Origin: Alphaproteobacteria bacterium
GTDB taxonomy: Bacteria > Pseudomonadota > Alphaproteobacteria > Bin95
Length of the DNA stretch: 64,000 nucleotides
Assembly: GCA_964291285.2 (NCBI GenBank)
Contig: OZ219788.1
Span: 64,001 to 128,000 of the forward strand
Direction: 5' to 3'
Shown: piece after piece, positions 54,200-64,000 of the stretch
How the letters are laid out: the number at the start of each line of letters is the position of its first letter
Position numbering within the stretch: the first letter of the stretch is position 1
Made by a program: the position numbers and the translations under genes
Notes under the pieces: model-generated
Seen by the model: only the letters and a program-made list of their open reading frames with translations
What the model was told of the DNA's origin: nothing
The model's database searches: none

Positions 54200-55357
54200 C
54201 TATCCGATTCCCAGCCGCTCGCTTGCGATGCGGGCGCCTTCGGCCATGCTGCGGAGCTTGGCCCAGACCACGTCTTCCGGCACCCGCCCCATGCCGGCGG
54301 AGGTGTCGAAGCCGCAGTCGGTCCCCGCCTGGATGCGCGCCGGGTCGCCCACCGCGCGGGCCGCGCGCTCCAGCCGCTCGGCGACCGTTTCGGGATGCTC
54401 GACATAGTTGGTCGTGGTGTCGATCACGCCTGCAACCAGATACTGGTCCGGGGCGAGCGGCGTGCGGCGCAGCTCCTCGACCTCGTGCTGGTGGCGGGGA
54501 TTGGCAAAAGGCAGCACCAGCCCGCCCACATCGGCCTGCAGCAGGATCGGCAACACGTCGCGGAGCTCGACATCCATGTCGTGCGGCCCCTCATAGTTCC
54601 CCCAGCAGACATGCAGCCGAACCCTCTCGCGCGGCACGTTCGCCAGCGCTCCGTTCAGCGTCTCGACCACGAGTTCCACCCACTCCTGGAAGGTGGCAAG
54701 CGGTTCGTCGGCGAACAGGAAGTGGCGCTCCATGGCGAGATCGGGCGCATCGATCTGCAACAGCCATCCATTTTCGACAATCGCCTCGTATTCAACCCGC
54801 AGCGCTTCCGCGACATCGGCCAGATAGGCTTTGGACTCAGCATAGTGCCCGCTCTTCATGGCCGAAACCACGATGCCCGGCGAGGCTGCCGTCATGAAGG
54901 GCTGCCCGAAGCCGCCTCCCGCCCTTTCCAGAGCCAGGCGAAAGGTCTCGCACTCGTCTTCGAGCGGCCCCCGGTCCACATAGCGGACGGCGCCAAGGTT
55001 CATCGGCGGCTCCATGTTGGAGACCGCTTCGGCGCGCACGCGCAGGAAGGTCTCGTATTCGCGCACCAGCCCCGGATAGCGGAACACGTCCCGGCGTCCG
55101 GGCCGCTTCCAGCTTCCGCCGAAGCCGCTCATGCGGTGCTGGACATAGAGGAAGAACCCCTCGCGCTGCTGCTCGCCATTGTTGCCGACCGTGACGCCCG
55201 CCTCGATCTGCCGGGCGACAATGGCGTCGGTCGCCTCGCGGCCCGCGGCCGCCAGGGCGTCGGCGTCCACATGGCCGCCCTGGGCGCGGCGCGCATAGAG
55301 GCCGGTGAGTTCCAGCGGACGCGGCAGGCTGCCGGCATGCGTGGTGGGGATGCCCAT
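54200..55357 (-). CDS. Cobalamin-independent methionine synthase II-like (single-barrel MetE family) protein
   Basis: [24 protein letters not shown] and TDCGF Zn ligands. Confidence 0.85.
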   Translation of the reverse strand: MGIPTTHAGSLPRPLELTGLYARRAQGGHVDADALAAAGREATDAIVARQIEAGVTVGNNGEQQREGFFLYVQHRMSGFGGSWKRPGRRDVFRYPGLVREYETFLRVRAEAVSNMEPPMNLGAVRYVDRGPLEDECETFRLALERAGGGFGQPFMTAASPGIVVSAMKSGHYAESKAYLADVAEALRVEYEAIVENGWLLQIDAPDLAMERHFLFADEPLATFQEWVELVVETLNGALANVPRERVRLHVCWGNYEGPHDMDVELRDVLPILLQADVGGLVLPFANPRHQHEVEELRRTPLAPDQYLVAGVIDTTTNYVEHPETVAERLERAARAVGDPARIQAGTDCGFDTSAGMGRVPEDVVWAKLRSMAEGARIASERLGIG

Positions 55358-55584
55358 GGATTTTCGGCTCCGGATTCCGCGGATCGGCAAGACGGCATGC
55401 GTATTCTTCCCGAATGCGGCGGCGCAAGAAAGGCTTCCCGCCCACCCGGCCGTATCCCGACCGGACTTGCGCGGGGCGCGGCTTGGGCATACCGTTTTTC
55501 CGCCCGCAACCGGTTGCGGGCATGAAGACGAACGGCAGCAATCTCGACAGGCCGGCATCTTCGATGCGGCCGCCGGTGGACCCC

Positions 55585-56004
55585 ATGACCGATATCCTCG
55601 ACAGAGCGCCTCCCCGAACCGAACTCAGCGACGCCGAATGGCGTCGCCGGCTCACGCCCGAGCAATACCGGGTGACGCGCCGGCACGGCACAGAACGCCC
55701 CTTCGCCAACGAGTACCACGCCACCAAGACGCCCGGCATCTATCGCTGCATATGCTGCGATGCGCCGCTGTTCGAAAGCGGGACCAAATTCGACAGCGGC
55801 ACCGGCTGGCCGTCCTTCACCCGGCCCGTCTCGGCCGAAGCCGTCGCGGAGAAGGTGGACCGAAGCTGGTTCATGACCCGCACTGAGGTGCTCTGCGCCG
55901 GGTGCGATGCGCATCTGGGCCACGTCTTTCCGGACGGGCCGCCGCCGACGGGGCTCCGCTATTGCATGAACTCTGCCTCCCTGCGCCTTGAGCCTGAAGA
56001 GTAA
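55585..56004 (+). CDS. msrB: Peptide-methionine (R)-S-oxide reductase
   Basis: [23 protein letters not shown] and RYCMNS. Confidence 0.95.
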   Translation: MTDILDRAPPRTELSDAEWRRRLTPEQYRVTRRHGTERPFANEYHATKTPGIYRCICCDAPLFESGTKFDSGTGWPSFTRPVSAEAVAEKVDRSWFMTRTEVLCAGCDAHLGHVFPDGPPPTGLRYCMNSASLRLEPEE

Positions 56005-56048
56005 CCGCCTGCCCGACCCGACGACCGAAGCTGAGGAAACGCGACCCC

Positions 56049-56369
56049 ATGCTCTACGAACTGCGCACCTACAACGCTGCGCCCGGCAAGATCGATGCGC
56101 TCAATGCCCGCTTCCGGGACCACACATGCAGCCTCTTCGCCAAACACGGCATCGGCGTCGCCGGCTTCTGGATCAACCGGGCGGACCCGAACCAGCTTAT
56201 CTATATCTGCACCTTCGAGGACGCCGCGCAGATGGAGCGCGCCTGGGCGTCCTTCAGGGACGATCCCGAGTGGCAGGCGGCGAGGGCCGAGAGCGAGCGC
56301 GACGGCTCCCTGGTCGCCTCCATCGAAAGCGTGGTCATGGACCCGACCGACTACTCCACGATGAAGTAG
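56049..56369 (+). CDS. NIPSNAP family protein
   Basis: YELRTY..PGK, W..F..DPEW and PTDYS. Confidence 0.88.
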   Translation: MLYELRTYNAAPGKIDALNARFRDHTCSLFAKHGIGVAGFWINRADPNQLIYICTFEDAAQMERAWASFRDDPEWQAARAESERDGSLVASIESVVMDPTDYSTMK

Positions 56370-56396
56370 GCGGAGGGGCCGGGAGGCGAACGGGCC

Positions 56397-57875
56397 ATGG
56401 GGGGCGCGGCCAAGAACGCCGCCGAGCATCTGGCGAGCCTGGACGACGGGCGCGCCGTCTGGCTGGACGGCGCCCGCATCGAGAACCCGTCCGTGCACCC
56501 CGCCTTCCGCAACGCCGTGCGCTCCGCCGCCGGGCTTTACGGCTACCAGGCCGACCCCGCCAATCTGGAGGCGATGACCTTCGCCTCGCCGACGGCCAGA
56601 CGGCAGGTCAACCGCGCCTGGCAGATGCCGACGTCGCTGGAGGAGCTCGTCCAGCGCCGCCGCGCCCTCACCGCCTGGGCGGAATGCCATGCGGGCTTCA
56701 TGGGCCGGGCGCCCGACCATCTGGCGTCCGCGGTCACCGGGCAGATCATGGGGCTGGAGGTGTTCGAGGCGCACGACCCGGAGCGCGCGCGGGCCTTCCA
56801 TGACTATTTCGTCCATGCGCGCGACAGTGACCTCTACCTCACCTATGTCATCGTCAACCCGCAGCTCGACCGGTCGAAGAGCACGGGCGAGCAGGGGGAC
56901 AACAGCCCGATGCTCCGTATCGTGGACGAGGACGGGGAAGGGGTGACCGTGCGCGGCGGCAAGATGCTCGGCACCGCCGCTATCCTAGCCAACGAGCTGT
57001 TCGTCGCGCATCTGCAGCCGCTGAAGCCGGACGAGGAGGACTACGCCGTCAGCTTCGCGGTCCCGATGGCCGCGAAGGGCCTCCGGCTGCTCGCGCGCAA
57101 GTCCTACGAAGGCCGCGCGCTCTCGAGCTTCGACGACCCGCTTGCATCGCGCTTCGACGAGAATGACGGGCTGGTGTGGTTCGACGACGTGAAGGTCCCG
57201 TGGGAGCGGGTCTTCGTCCATCGCAGCCCCGCCATGTGCGCGCGCCAGTTCCACGCCACGCCCGGTCACATCTACCAGAACTACCAAGCGCAGATCCGCC
57301 TCGCGGTGAAGTTCAGGTTCCTTGTCGGCCTCGCGCGCCGCATCTGCGAGACCATCGGCACGGCGAAGATGCCGCCGGTCGCCGAAACGCTCGGAATGCT
57401 GGCGGCACAGGCAACGGCGGTCGAGACGATGCTTTACGGCATGGAGGCGAAGGGCAGGCAGCGCGGCAGATATTTCGTGCCGGACGCCCATTCCGTCTAT
57501 GCCGCCCAGGCCTATTGCCAGGCGCTCTATCCGCGCATGGTGGAGCGGGTGCGCGGCCTCGCCGGCGGCGCGCTCATCATGCTGCCCTCCTCCGAGCGCG
57601 ACCTCGCCGATCCCGAGCTTGCCGGCATCCTGCAAAGCGTCCAGCAGTCGGCCGACGGCGCGCCGCCGGTCGAGCGCGTGCGGCTGATGAAGCTCGCCTG
57701 GGACGCACTCGGCTCCGAATTTGCGGGCCGGCAGACGCAATATGAGATGTTCTATGCCGGCGCGCCGTTCGTCACGCGCGGGCACGCCTTCCGCACCTAT
57801 GACTGGGAGGGGGCCGAAGCGCTGGTCGCGGCCGTCTCCGGCGCCGCCGCAGAAACGAGGACCGAACCCAAATGA
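56397..57875 (+). CDS. 4-hydroxyphenylacetate 3-hydroxylase family flavin monooxygenase (HpaB-like)
   Basis: DGRAVW, GRAPDH, SRFDEND and GSEFAGRQTQYEMFY. Confidence 0.88.
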   Translation: MGGAAKNAAEHLASLDDGRAVWLDGARIENPSVHPAFRNAVRSAAGLYGYQADPANLEAMTFASPTARRQVNRAWQMPTSLEELVQRRRALTAWAECHAGFMGRAPDHLASAVTGQIMGLEVFEAHDPERARAFHDYFVHARDSDLYLTYVIVNPQLDRSKSTGEQGDNSPMLRIVDEDGEGVTVRGGKMLGTAAILANELFVAHLQPLKPDEEDYAVSFAVPMAAKGLRLLARKSYEGRALSSFDDPLASRFDENDGLVWFDDVKVPWERVFVHRSPAMCARQFHATPGHIYQNYQAQIRLAVKFRFLVGLARRICETIGTAKMPPVAETLGMLAAQATAVETMLYGMEAKGRQRGRYFVPDAHSVYAAQAYCQALYPRMVERVRGLAGGALIMLPSSERDLADPELAGILQSVQQSADGAPPVERVRLMKLAWDALGSEFAGRQTQYEMFYAGAPFVTRGHAFRTYDWEGAEALVAAVSGAAAETRTEPK

Positions 57876-59002
57876 AATTCAGCTTTTCCGAGGAGCAGAC
57901 CGAGTTCCGCAACATGCTCCGCCGCTTCCTCCAGGACCGCTCGCCGACGACCGAGGTGCGCCGGGTCATGGAGACCGAGTCCGGCTACGATGCAGAGGTG
58001 TGGCGGGTGATGGCGGAGGAGCTGGGCGTCACCGCGATCCACATTCCGGAAGTCTATGGCGGGGCCGGCTTCGGCATTTCCGAACTCGCCATCGCCGCCG
58101 AGGAGGCGGGCCGCGCGCTCCTGCCCTCGCCCTTTTTCGGCTCGACCGTCATGGCGGCGACCGCCATCGCCGAGGCAGGAACCGACGCCCAGAAGCAGGC
58201 CCTCCTGCCCGGCATCGCGGGCGGCAGAGCGATCGCGGCGCTCGCCGCTGCCGAACCCGGAACCGGGTGGAACGCCGACGCCTTCACGACGACCGCGCGC
58301 GCCGACAACGGCTCCTGGCGGCTGACGGGGCGCAAGAGTTACGTGCTGGACGGCATGGCGGCGGACCTCGTGGTCGCGGCGGCGCGGCTGCCCGGCGGCG
58401 GGCTCGGCCTGTTCAGCCTGCCGGCGGACAGCGACGGGCTCACGCGCCGGCCGCTGCAGTCCATGGACCCGACGCGCCGGCTCGCGCAGATCGACTTCGA
58501 CGGTGCGGAGGCCGACCTGCTCGGAGGGCCGGAGGCCGGCGGGCCCGCCTGGGCGCGGACGCTGGACATCGCCGCGGTCTGTCTGGCGGGCGAGATGGTC
58601 GGCGGCGCGGAGCGGCTGCGCGAGGACGCACTCGAATATGTCTCGATGCGGATGCAGTTCGGGCGTTCCATCGCCTCCTTCCAGGTCACCAAGCACAAGG
58701 CGGCGGACATGCTGCTGGAGGTCGAGCTGGCCAAGGCCGCCGCCTACTACGCCGCCGCCGCGGCCGACGGCGGCGACGAAGAGGTCGACCAGCCGCTCTC
58801 CGCGCTCGCCTCGCTTGCCAAGGCGACGGCGTCCGACACCTACATGCAGACCGCCATCCACGCCGTGCAGATGCATGGCGGTATCGGCTTCACCCACGAC
58901 AACGACACGCAGCTCTGGTTCAAGCGCGCCAAGGCGAGCGAGGCCTTTCTCGGCACCGCCGCCGACCACCGCGAACGCATGCTGAAGCACTGGGACGCCT
59001 GA
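57872..59002 (+). CDS. Acyl-CoA dehydrogenase family protein (probable non-catalytic partner)
   Basis: RMQFGRSIASFQ and QMHGGIGFT; C-terminal EAFLGT. Confidence 0.88.
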   Translation: MKFSFSEEQTEFRNMLRRFLQDRSPTTEVRRVMETESGYDAEVWRVMAEELGVTAIHIPEVYGGAGFGISELAIAAEEAGRALLPSPFFGSTVMAATAIAEAGTDAQKQALLPGIAGGRAIAALAAAEPGTGWNADAFTTTARADNGSWRLTGRKSYVLDGMAADLVVAAARLPGGGLGLFSLPADSDGLTRRPLQSMDPTRRLAQIDFDGAEADLLGGPEAGGPAWARTLDIAAVCLAGEMVGGAERLREDALEYVSMRMQFGRSIASFQVTKHKAADMLLEVELAKAAAYYAAAAADGGDEEVDQPLSALASLAKATASDTYMQTAIHAVQMHGGIGFTHDNDTQLWFKRAKASEAFLGTAADHRERMLKHWDA

Positions 59003-59003
59003 C

Positions 59004-60260
59004 ATGACCGACTTCACCGAAGACGAAATCCGCGCCGAGGTTCGCGAGTGGCTGACGGCAAACTGGGACCCGGAACGGGGTCTCGTCGAATGGCGCAACA
59101 TTCTCATCGATTCCGGCTGGGGCGTGCCGCACTGGCCGGAGGAATGGCACGGGCGCGGCCTGCCGGTCGGCATGACGCCGGTCGTCGAGGAGGAGTTCGA
59201 CAAGCTGGGCGCGGTCGGCGTCGCCAAGATGGGCATCCGCACGCTCGCCGCCGCCACGATCCTCGAGCACGGCACGGACCTGCACAAGCAGCGTTTCCTG
59301 CGCGGCATCCTCACCGGCGAGGAGACCTGGTGCCAGCTCTTCAGCGAGCCAGGCAGCGGCTCGGACCTCGCCGGGGCCGTGACGCGCGCCGATTTCCGCG
59401 AGGGGAAGTGGGTCATCAACGGCCAGAAGGTCTGGAACACCAGCGCCCACCACGCCGATTTCGGCCTGCTGCTGGCGCGGACCGACTGGGACGCCGTCAA
59501 GCACCAGGGCCTCAGCTACTTCCTGCTCGACATGCGCCAGCCGGGCGTCGAGGTCCACCAGCTCAGGCAGATGAACGGCCACGCCTCCTTCAACCAGGTC
59601 TTCTTCACCGACGCCGTGGTGGAGCCGGAATATCAAATCGGCGGGCTCGGCGAGGGCTGGAAGGTTGCCACGACCACGCTGATGCACGAGCGGCGCGGCG
59701 CGGACGGCGTGCGCCGCTACGCCACCGGCAGCGACCGGCCGGGGCGCATTTACGAGGAGGAGCGCGCCGAGGTCGCGACCGTCATGGCGCCCTATGTGTG
59801 GTACCCGCAGCGCACCGGGCGCGCCGACCTGCTGATCGAGCGCGCGAAGGCGGCGGGGCGCTGGGACGACCGGGCGGTGCGCCAGGAGATCGCGAAGGCG
59901 CTGACGCTCGCCCGGACGGCGGAATGGACCGCGCGGCGCGCCCGCGAGGCGCAGCAGATGGGCCGGCCGCAGGGGCCGGAAGGCTCGATCGGCAAGCTTG
60001 CCGCCAGCATCGTCGCGCGGGCCTGCGCGAAGGCCCACACCATGATCGCCGGCCCCGACGCCATGCTGACGGGCGAAGACGACGGCACGGGCGGTGTGGT
60101 CGCGGAAATCCTGGTCTCGACGCCGGCCATCTCCATTGCCGGCGGCACGGACGAGATCCAGCGCAACATCATCTCCGAGCGCATCCTCTCCATGCCCAAG
60201 GAGGTCCGCCACGACACCGACCGCCCCTTCCGCGAGGTGCCGCGGAACCAGGTGGGCTGA
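59004..60260 (+). CDS. Acyl-CoA dehydrogenase family protein
   Basis: WCQLFSEPGSGSDLA, NGQKVW, LMHER and IAGGTDEIQRNII. Confidence 0.9.
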   Translation: MTDFTEDEIRAEVREWLTANWDPERGLVEWRNILIDSGWGVPHWPEEWHGRGLPVGMTPVVEEEFDKLGAVGVAKMGIRTLAAATILEHGTDLHKQRFLRGILTGEETWCQLFSEPGSGSDLAGAVTRADFREGKWVINGQKVWNTSAHHADFGLLLARTDWDAVKHQGLSYFLLDMRQPGVEVHQLRQMNGHASFNQVFFTDAVVEPEYQIGGLGEGWKVATTTLMHERRGADGVRRYATGSDRPGRIYEEERAEVATVMAPYVWYPQRTGRADLLIERAKAAGRWDDRAVRQEIAKALTLARTAEWTARRAREAQQMGRPQGPEGSIGKLAASIVARACAKAHTMIAGPDAMLTGEDDGTGGVVAEILVSTPAISIAGGTDEIQRNIISERILSMPKEVRHDTDRPFREVPRNQVG

Positions 60261-60270
60261 AGCGCGATTC

Positions 60271-62010
60271 CTACCCCTGCCTCCGCACCCGGGCGCGGAG
60301 GCGGCGGGTTGCGCCGGCATCGACGGTCATCGTCGCCCCGTCGATGACGACGCCGTAGTCTTCCCCGGCGCTTTCGATCGACACATAGCCCTGCTCGACA
60401 TCGGCGAGCACGCGCCCGGGCTCGCGCTCGAACGGGTCGCCGTAGCCGCCCCCGCCGCTCAGCACGAAGCGCATGCGGTCGCCGGGGGCGAGGCGCCGGT
60501 AAACCCCGTGGTCCACCGCCCCGCCATTGTGCCAGAGGCCGCTCCCGCGCCCGTTCCGGCCGCCGAGCCGGCCGAACACCGGAAAGGAGCCGTCTTCGGT
60601 GCGGCCGCTGAGGCGCACCGAGCTCTCGACGTCCCGGGCGCGCTCGTTGCCGCCGTCGAGGATGGCGAACTCGATCTCCTGGCCGAGCCCGCCCCGGTTG
60701 CGGCCCGGCCCTCCCGAATCGGCGAGAAGCTCCTTGCGGACATAGTACATCCGCGCCTCGTTCTCGGTCACCTCGACGGGAATGTTGCGCGTGTTGTTGG
60801 GGAAGCAGAGGCAGGCATAGCCGTCATGGCGGGCGCTCGCGCCGAAACCGCCGCTGTGCTGCGCGATGGCAAGGAACGACCGGCCGTCCGCGTGTCGGCC
60901 GTGAAGATAGACCTCGTTGGCCGGAGAGCCGCCGTTCGAGGCGAGTATGGACTCCGGCATGATCCCCTCCATCGTGGCGAAGACGATCTCGGGGAAGAGG
61001 TGCGAGATCATCGTCCGGCCCCAGGTGGCGGCCGGCGGGCGCGAATTGACGATGGTGCCCTCCGGCGCGATCACCTCGATGGGCCTGAGCCCGCCCTCAT
61101 TGTTCGGCACATGGGGGTCGAGCGCGAGCTTGACGGGGTAGGCGGTGTAGGAGCGCGTCATGTTGTAGGAGCAGTTGATCGCCGCCCCGACCTCGCCCGA
61201 CGAGCCCGAGTAATCGACGGTGACCCCGTCGCCCGCCACCGTGACATTGACCTTCACCACGACCTCGTCGTCGCAGCCCGGGACCTTCGGAAGCACCGCC
61301 ACATTGCGGTAAGACCCGTCGGGCAACGCCGCAATCCTGCGCCGGAGGCTGGATTCGGTCCGATCGATGACCTCGGCCCCCAGCGCCTCGAGCCCGTCCA
61401 GCCGATACTCCTCCAGCAGCCCCTTCAGCCCCCGCGAGCAGACATTGTTGGCGACGAGCTGCGCGCGGACATCGCCCAGCACCTTGTCCGGCACCCGGAT
61501 ATTGGCCCGCATGAAGTCGAACACCGTCTCGTTCAGCCGCCCCTCGTCGAAGAGCTTGAGGATCGGGATCTTCAGCCCCTCCTCGTACATGTCCTTCGAT
61601 TCGAGCGTCGACATCCGTCCCCCCATGTCGAGATGGTGGACGATGCACAGCGTGTAGCCGACGATCCGGCCGCGGTGAAAGATCGGGGCCGCGATCGAGA
61701 TGTCGATGAGGTGGCCGCTCGCGATCCAGGGATCGTTGGTGATGATGGCGTCGCCCGGCCTGAGCGTTTCAGGAGGGTATTTCGCGATGAAGTTGCGCAG
61801 CACCTCCGGGACGATGCCGAGGAACCCCGCCGTCGTGACCGTCGAGTGGGACAGCATCCGCGCGTCGGCGTCGAACAGCGCGCAGCAGAAGTCGTGATAT
61901 TCCTTCACGGAGGGGGTATAGGCGGTGCGCATGAGCCCGGTAGCCGCCTCGTCCACGATGGTGATGAGGCGGTTCCAGAGGATCTGGATGGTGACGGGGT
62001 CGAGCTGCAT
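60271..62010 (-). CDS. Hydantoinase B/oxoprolinase family protein
   Basis: PGDAIITNDPW..GH..D, HHLDMGG, EEGL and GGGGYGDP. Confidence 0.92.
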   Translation of the reverse strand: MQLDPVTIQILWNRLITIVDEAATGLMRTAYTPSVKEYHDFCCALFDADARMLSHSTVTTAGFLGIVPEVLRNFIAKYPPETLRPGDAIITNDPWIASGHLIDISIAAPIFHRGRIVGYTLCIVHHLDMGGRMSTLESKDMYEEGLKIPILKLFDEGRLNETVFDFMRANIRVPDKVLGDVRAQLVANNVCSRGLKGLLEEYRLDGLEALGAEVIDRTESSLRRRIAALPDGSYRNVAVLPKVPGCDDEVVVKVNVTVAGDGVTVDYSGSSGEVGAAINCSYNMTRSYTAYPVKLALDPHVPNNEGGLRPIEVIAPEGTIVNSRPPAATWGRTMISHLFPEIVFATMEGIMPESILASNGGSPANEVYLHGRHADGRSFLAIAQHSGGFGASARHDGYACLCFPNNTRNIPVEVTENEARMYYVRKELLADSGGPGRNRGGLGQEIEFAILDGGNERARDVESSVRLSGRTEDGSFPVFGRLGGRNGRGSGLWHNGGAVDHGVYRRLAPGDRMRFVLSGGGGYGDPFEREPGRVLADVEQGYVSIESAGEDYGVVIDGATMTVDAGATRRLRARVRRQG

Positions 62011-62013
62011 CGG

Positions 62014-64000
62014 CTATCTCCGCCCGAACGCCGCCGGGTAAGGCGTCTCGTCGGCATCGTCGTCGGAGGCGGCAGGCCGGCGGATGACGAGGTCCACCAC
62101 CAGGCACCCGAGCGGGTCCACGCGCAGCCGGTCGCCGGGGCCGATGACGGTCGTCGATTCCGGCTCTTCGATGACCGCGGGCCCGGCGACCTCCTGTCCG
62201 ATGCGCAGTTCCGCCCGCTCATACACCGGCGCCCGCTCCATGCCGGCCCCCGCCGGGACATGGATGTCGCGCCATGCCTTGGGCGGGGCGTCCGCCTTCG
62301 CCGGCGGCGGGGCGAGCTCAAGCGCGGGCGGGGGCTGGCTCACATGCACCCGGATGCTTGCAAGTTCGACGGGGTTGTCATCGTCCACCTTTCCATAATG
62401 TGAACGGTAGAGCGCCTCGAAGCGTGCCTCCCAGTCACCCTTCGTCGAGGAGGTGTCGCACGGTCCCGAAACTTCGATCTCGAGCGGGTAGTCCTGGCCC
62501 GAATAGCGCAGATCGACGCTGCGGCGCACGATGGGGGCGGCGCCGTCCGGCATGAGGCCTCGGGCCTCGGCTTCGAGCGCGCGGAACCTGGCTTCGACCG
62601 CGGCGAGGTCCACCACCGTCAGGATCCGCCTCACGGCCCGGCTCCGTTCGAACGCGACCGGGGCGGCGAGCAGGCCGAGCGACGACATGACGCCCGAATG
62701 GGGCGGGACGACAAGGCGCGGGCAGCCGAGCTTGCGGGCGAGCCCGGCCGCGTGGACGGGCCCGGCTCCGCCGAACGCGACCATCGAGAGTTCGGACGGC
62801 GCCTTGCCCTTCTCGGCGACATAAATTCGAGCGGCCGCCGCCATGTTCTCGTTGACGATCTCGTGGACGCCCGCCGCCGCTTCCAGAGTCGTGAGTCCGG
62901 TCGCCTCCGCGAGATGCCTGCCCACGGCCCGCTCCGCCGCCGCCCGGTCGAGGGCCATGCGTCCGCCGAGGAAATAATCGGGGTTGAGGTAGCCGAGCGC
63001 GAGGTCCGCATCCGTCACCGTCGGCGCCGCGCCGCCCAGGCCGTAGCATGCGGGTCCGGGTGCCGAACCGGCGCTGTCGGGGCCGACCCGGATCAGGCCG
63101 AGATCGTCCACCCTTGCGATGCTGCCGCCTCCCGCTCCGATCTCCAGCAGGTCGTAGACCGGCACCGCGGCGGGGAGGCCGCTCCCCGACTTGAACCGGT
63201 GCTGGCGGTCCACCTCGTAGCTGCGGGTCCGGGCGGCCCGGCCGTTCTCGATGATGCAGAGCTTCGCCGTCGTTCCCCCCATATCGAACGACAGCAGGCT
63301 GTCGATCCCTGCGAGGCGCCCGAAATACGCCGCCGCCTCGACCCCGGCGGCCGGTCCCGACTCGACGATCTGGACCGGCACCCGCTTCGCCGCCTCGACC
63401 GTCGCAGTACCGCCGTTCGACAGCATGACGAAGAGCCGTTCCCGATAGCCGCGCGTGGCAAGGCCTTCCGCCAGCCGCTCCAGATAGCCCTCCGCCACCG
63501 CCTTGACGTAGGCGTCGAGCACGGTGGTTGAGGTGCGCTCATACTCCTTGGGCTCGGGATGCACCTCGTGCGACAGCGACAGGGTGACGGCCGGAAGCTC
63601 CTCGCGGAGGATTTCCGCCGCGCGGCGCTCATGGGCTCCGTTGCGATAGGAATGGAGGAACGAGACCGCAACGGCGCCGACGCCCTCCTCGCGGAAGACG
63701 GCCGCCGCCCGGCGGACGGCCGCTTCGTCCAGGGGAACGAGCACGGTGCCGTCCGCGAGCACCCGCTCCGGGACGCCGAGCCGCAGCCGGCGGGGGACCA
63801 GCGGCTCGGGCAGACGGATGAACATGTCGTAGATGTCGTAACGGACCTCGCGGGCCAGCTCGAGGATGTCGCGGAAGCCCTCGGTCGTGAGCAGTCCGGT
63901 CTTCGCCCCCTTGCGCTCGAGGATGGTGTTGGTAACGAGGGTCGTCGCGTGGATTACCTCGGAAGTCCGGCCCAGCAGTCCGGGAAGCGCGCCGGAGAGG
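62014..64000 (-). CDS. Hydantoinase A/oxoprolinase family protein (5' end outside the window)
   Basis: HATTLVTN, TTEGFRD, EYERTST, SGPAAG, DMGGTT and GAGGGS; frame open to the window edge. Confidence 0.92.
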   Translation of the reverse strand, partial: LSGALPGLLGRTSEVIHATTLVTNTILERKGAKTGLLTTEGFRDILELAREVRYDIYDMFIRLPEPLVPRRLRLGVPERVLADGTVLVPLDEAAVRRAAAVFREEGVGAVAVSFLHSYRNGAHERRAAEILREELPAVTLSLSHEVHPEPKEYERTSTTVLDAYVKAVAEGYLERLAEGLATRGYRERLFVMLSNGGTATVEAAKRVPVQIVESGPAAGVEAAAYFGRLAGIDSLLSFDMGGTTAKLCIIENGRAARTRSYEVDRQHRFKSGSGLPAAVPVYDLLEIGAGGGSIARVDDLGLIRVGPDSAGSAPGPACYGLGGAAPTVTDADLALGYLNPDYFLGGRMALDRAAAERAVGRHLAEATGLTTLEAAAGVHEIVNENMAAAARIYVAEKGKAPSELSMVAFGGAGPVHAAGLARKLGCPRLVVPPHSGVMSSLGLLAAPVAFERSRAVRRILTVVDLAAVEARFRALEAEARGLMPDGAAPIVRRSVDLRYSGQDYPLEIEVSGPCDTSSTKGDWEARFEALYRSHYGKVDDDNPVELASIRVHVSQPPPALELAPPPAKADAPPKAWRDIHVPAGAGMERAPVYERAELRIGQEVAGPAVIEEPESTTVIGPGDRLRVDPLGCLVVDLVIRRPAASDDDADETPYPAAFGRR

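Overview
High-GC alphaproteobacterial chromosomal segment (Rhodospirillales-like by gene content; inference). It mixes housekeeping genes (queG, helicase-hslR-fdxA-carD-rpoH, gloA, tRNA-Lys, thyX, msrB) with many catabolic genes: CoA transferases, GMC and aldo/keto oxidoreductases, pcaHG, split aconitase X, arsJ-gapdh, a peptide-type ABC transporter, an HpaB-like monooxygenase, an acyl-CoA dehydrogenase pair and hydantoinase A/B. Five IS copies are present. The most informative is an IS110 (IS621-like) element that interrupts the helicase gene. Its non-coding end can be read as a bridge RNA: guide segments match its own donor junction and the actual insertion site, the core is CT, and a promoter forms at the circle junction. 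At two separate loci an IS5 (IS1031-type) element and an IS701-like element carrying a DUF3024-like passenger gene share exactly the same TNA target, in different arrangements. Other oddities are a nonsense-interrupted UDP-glucuronate decarboxylase heading a Gtr-like glycosylation cluster, an aconitase X pair with altered motifs, a 32-aa insertion in ThyX, and an unannotated 31-aa membrane peptide. All family calls come from motif recognition, not database searches.
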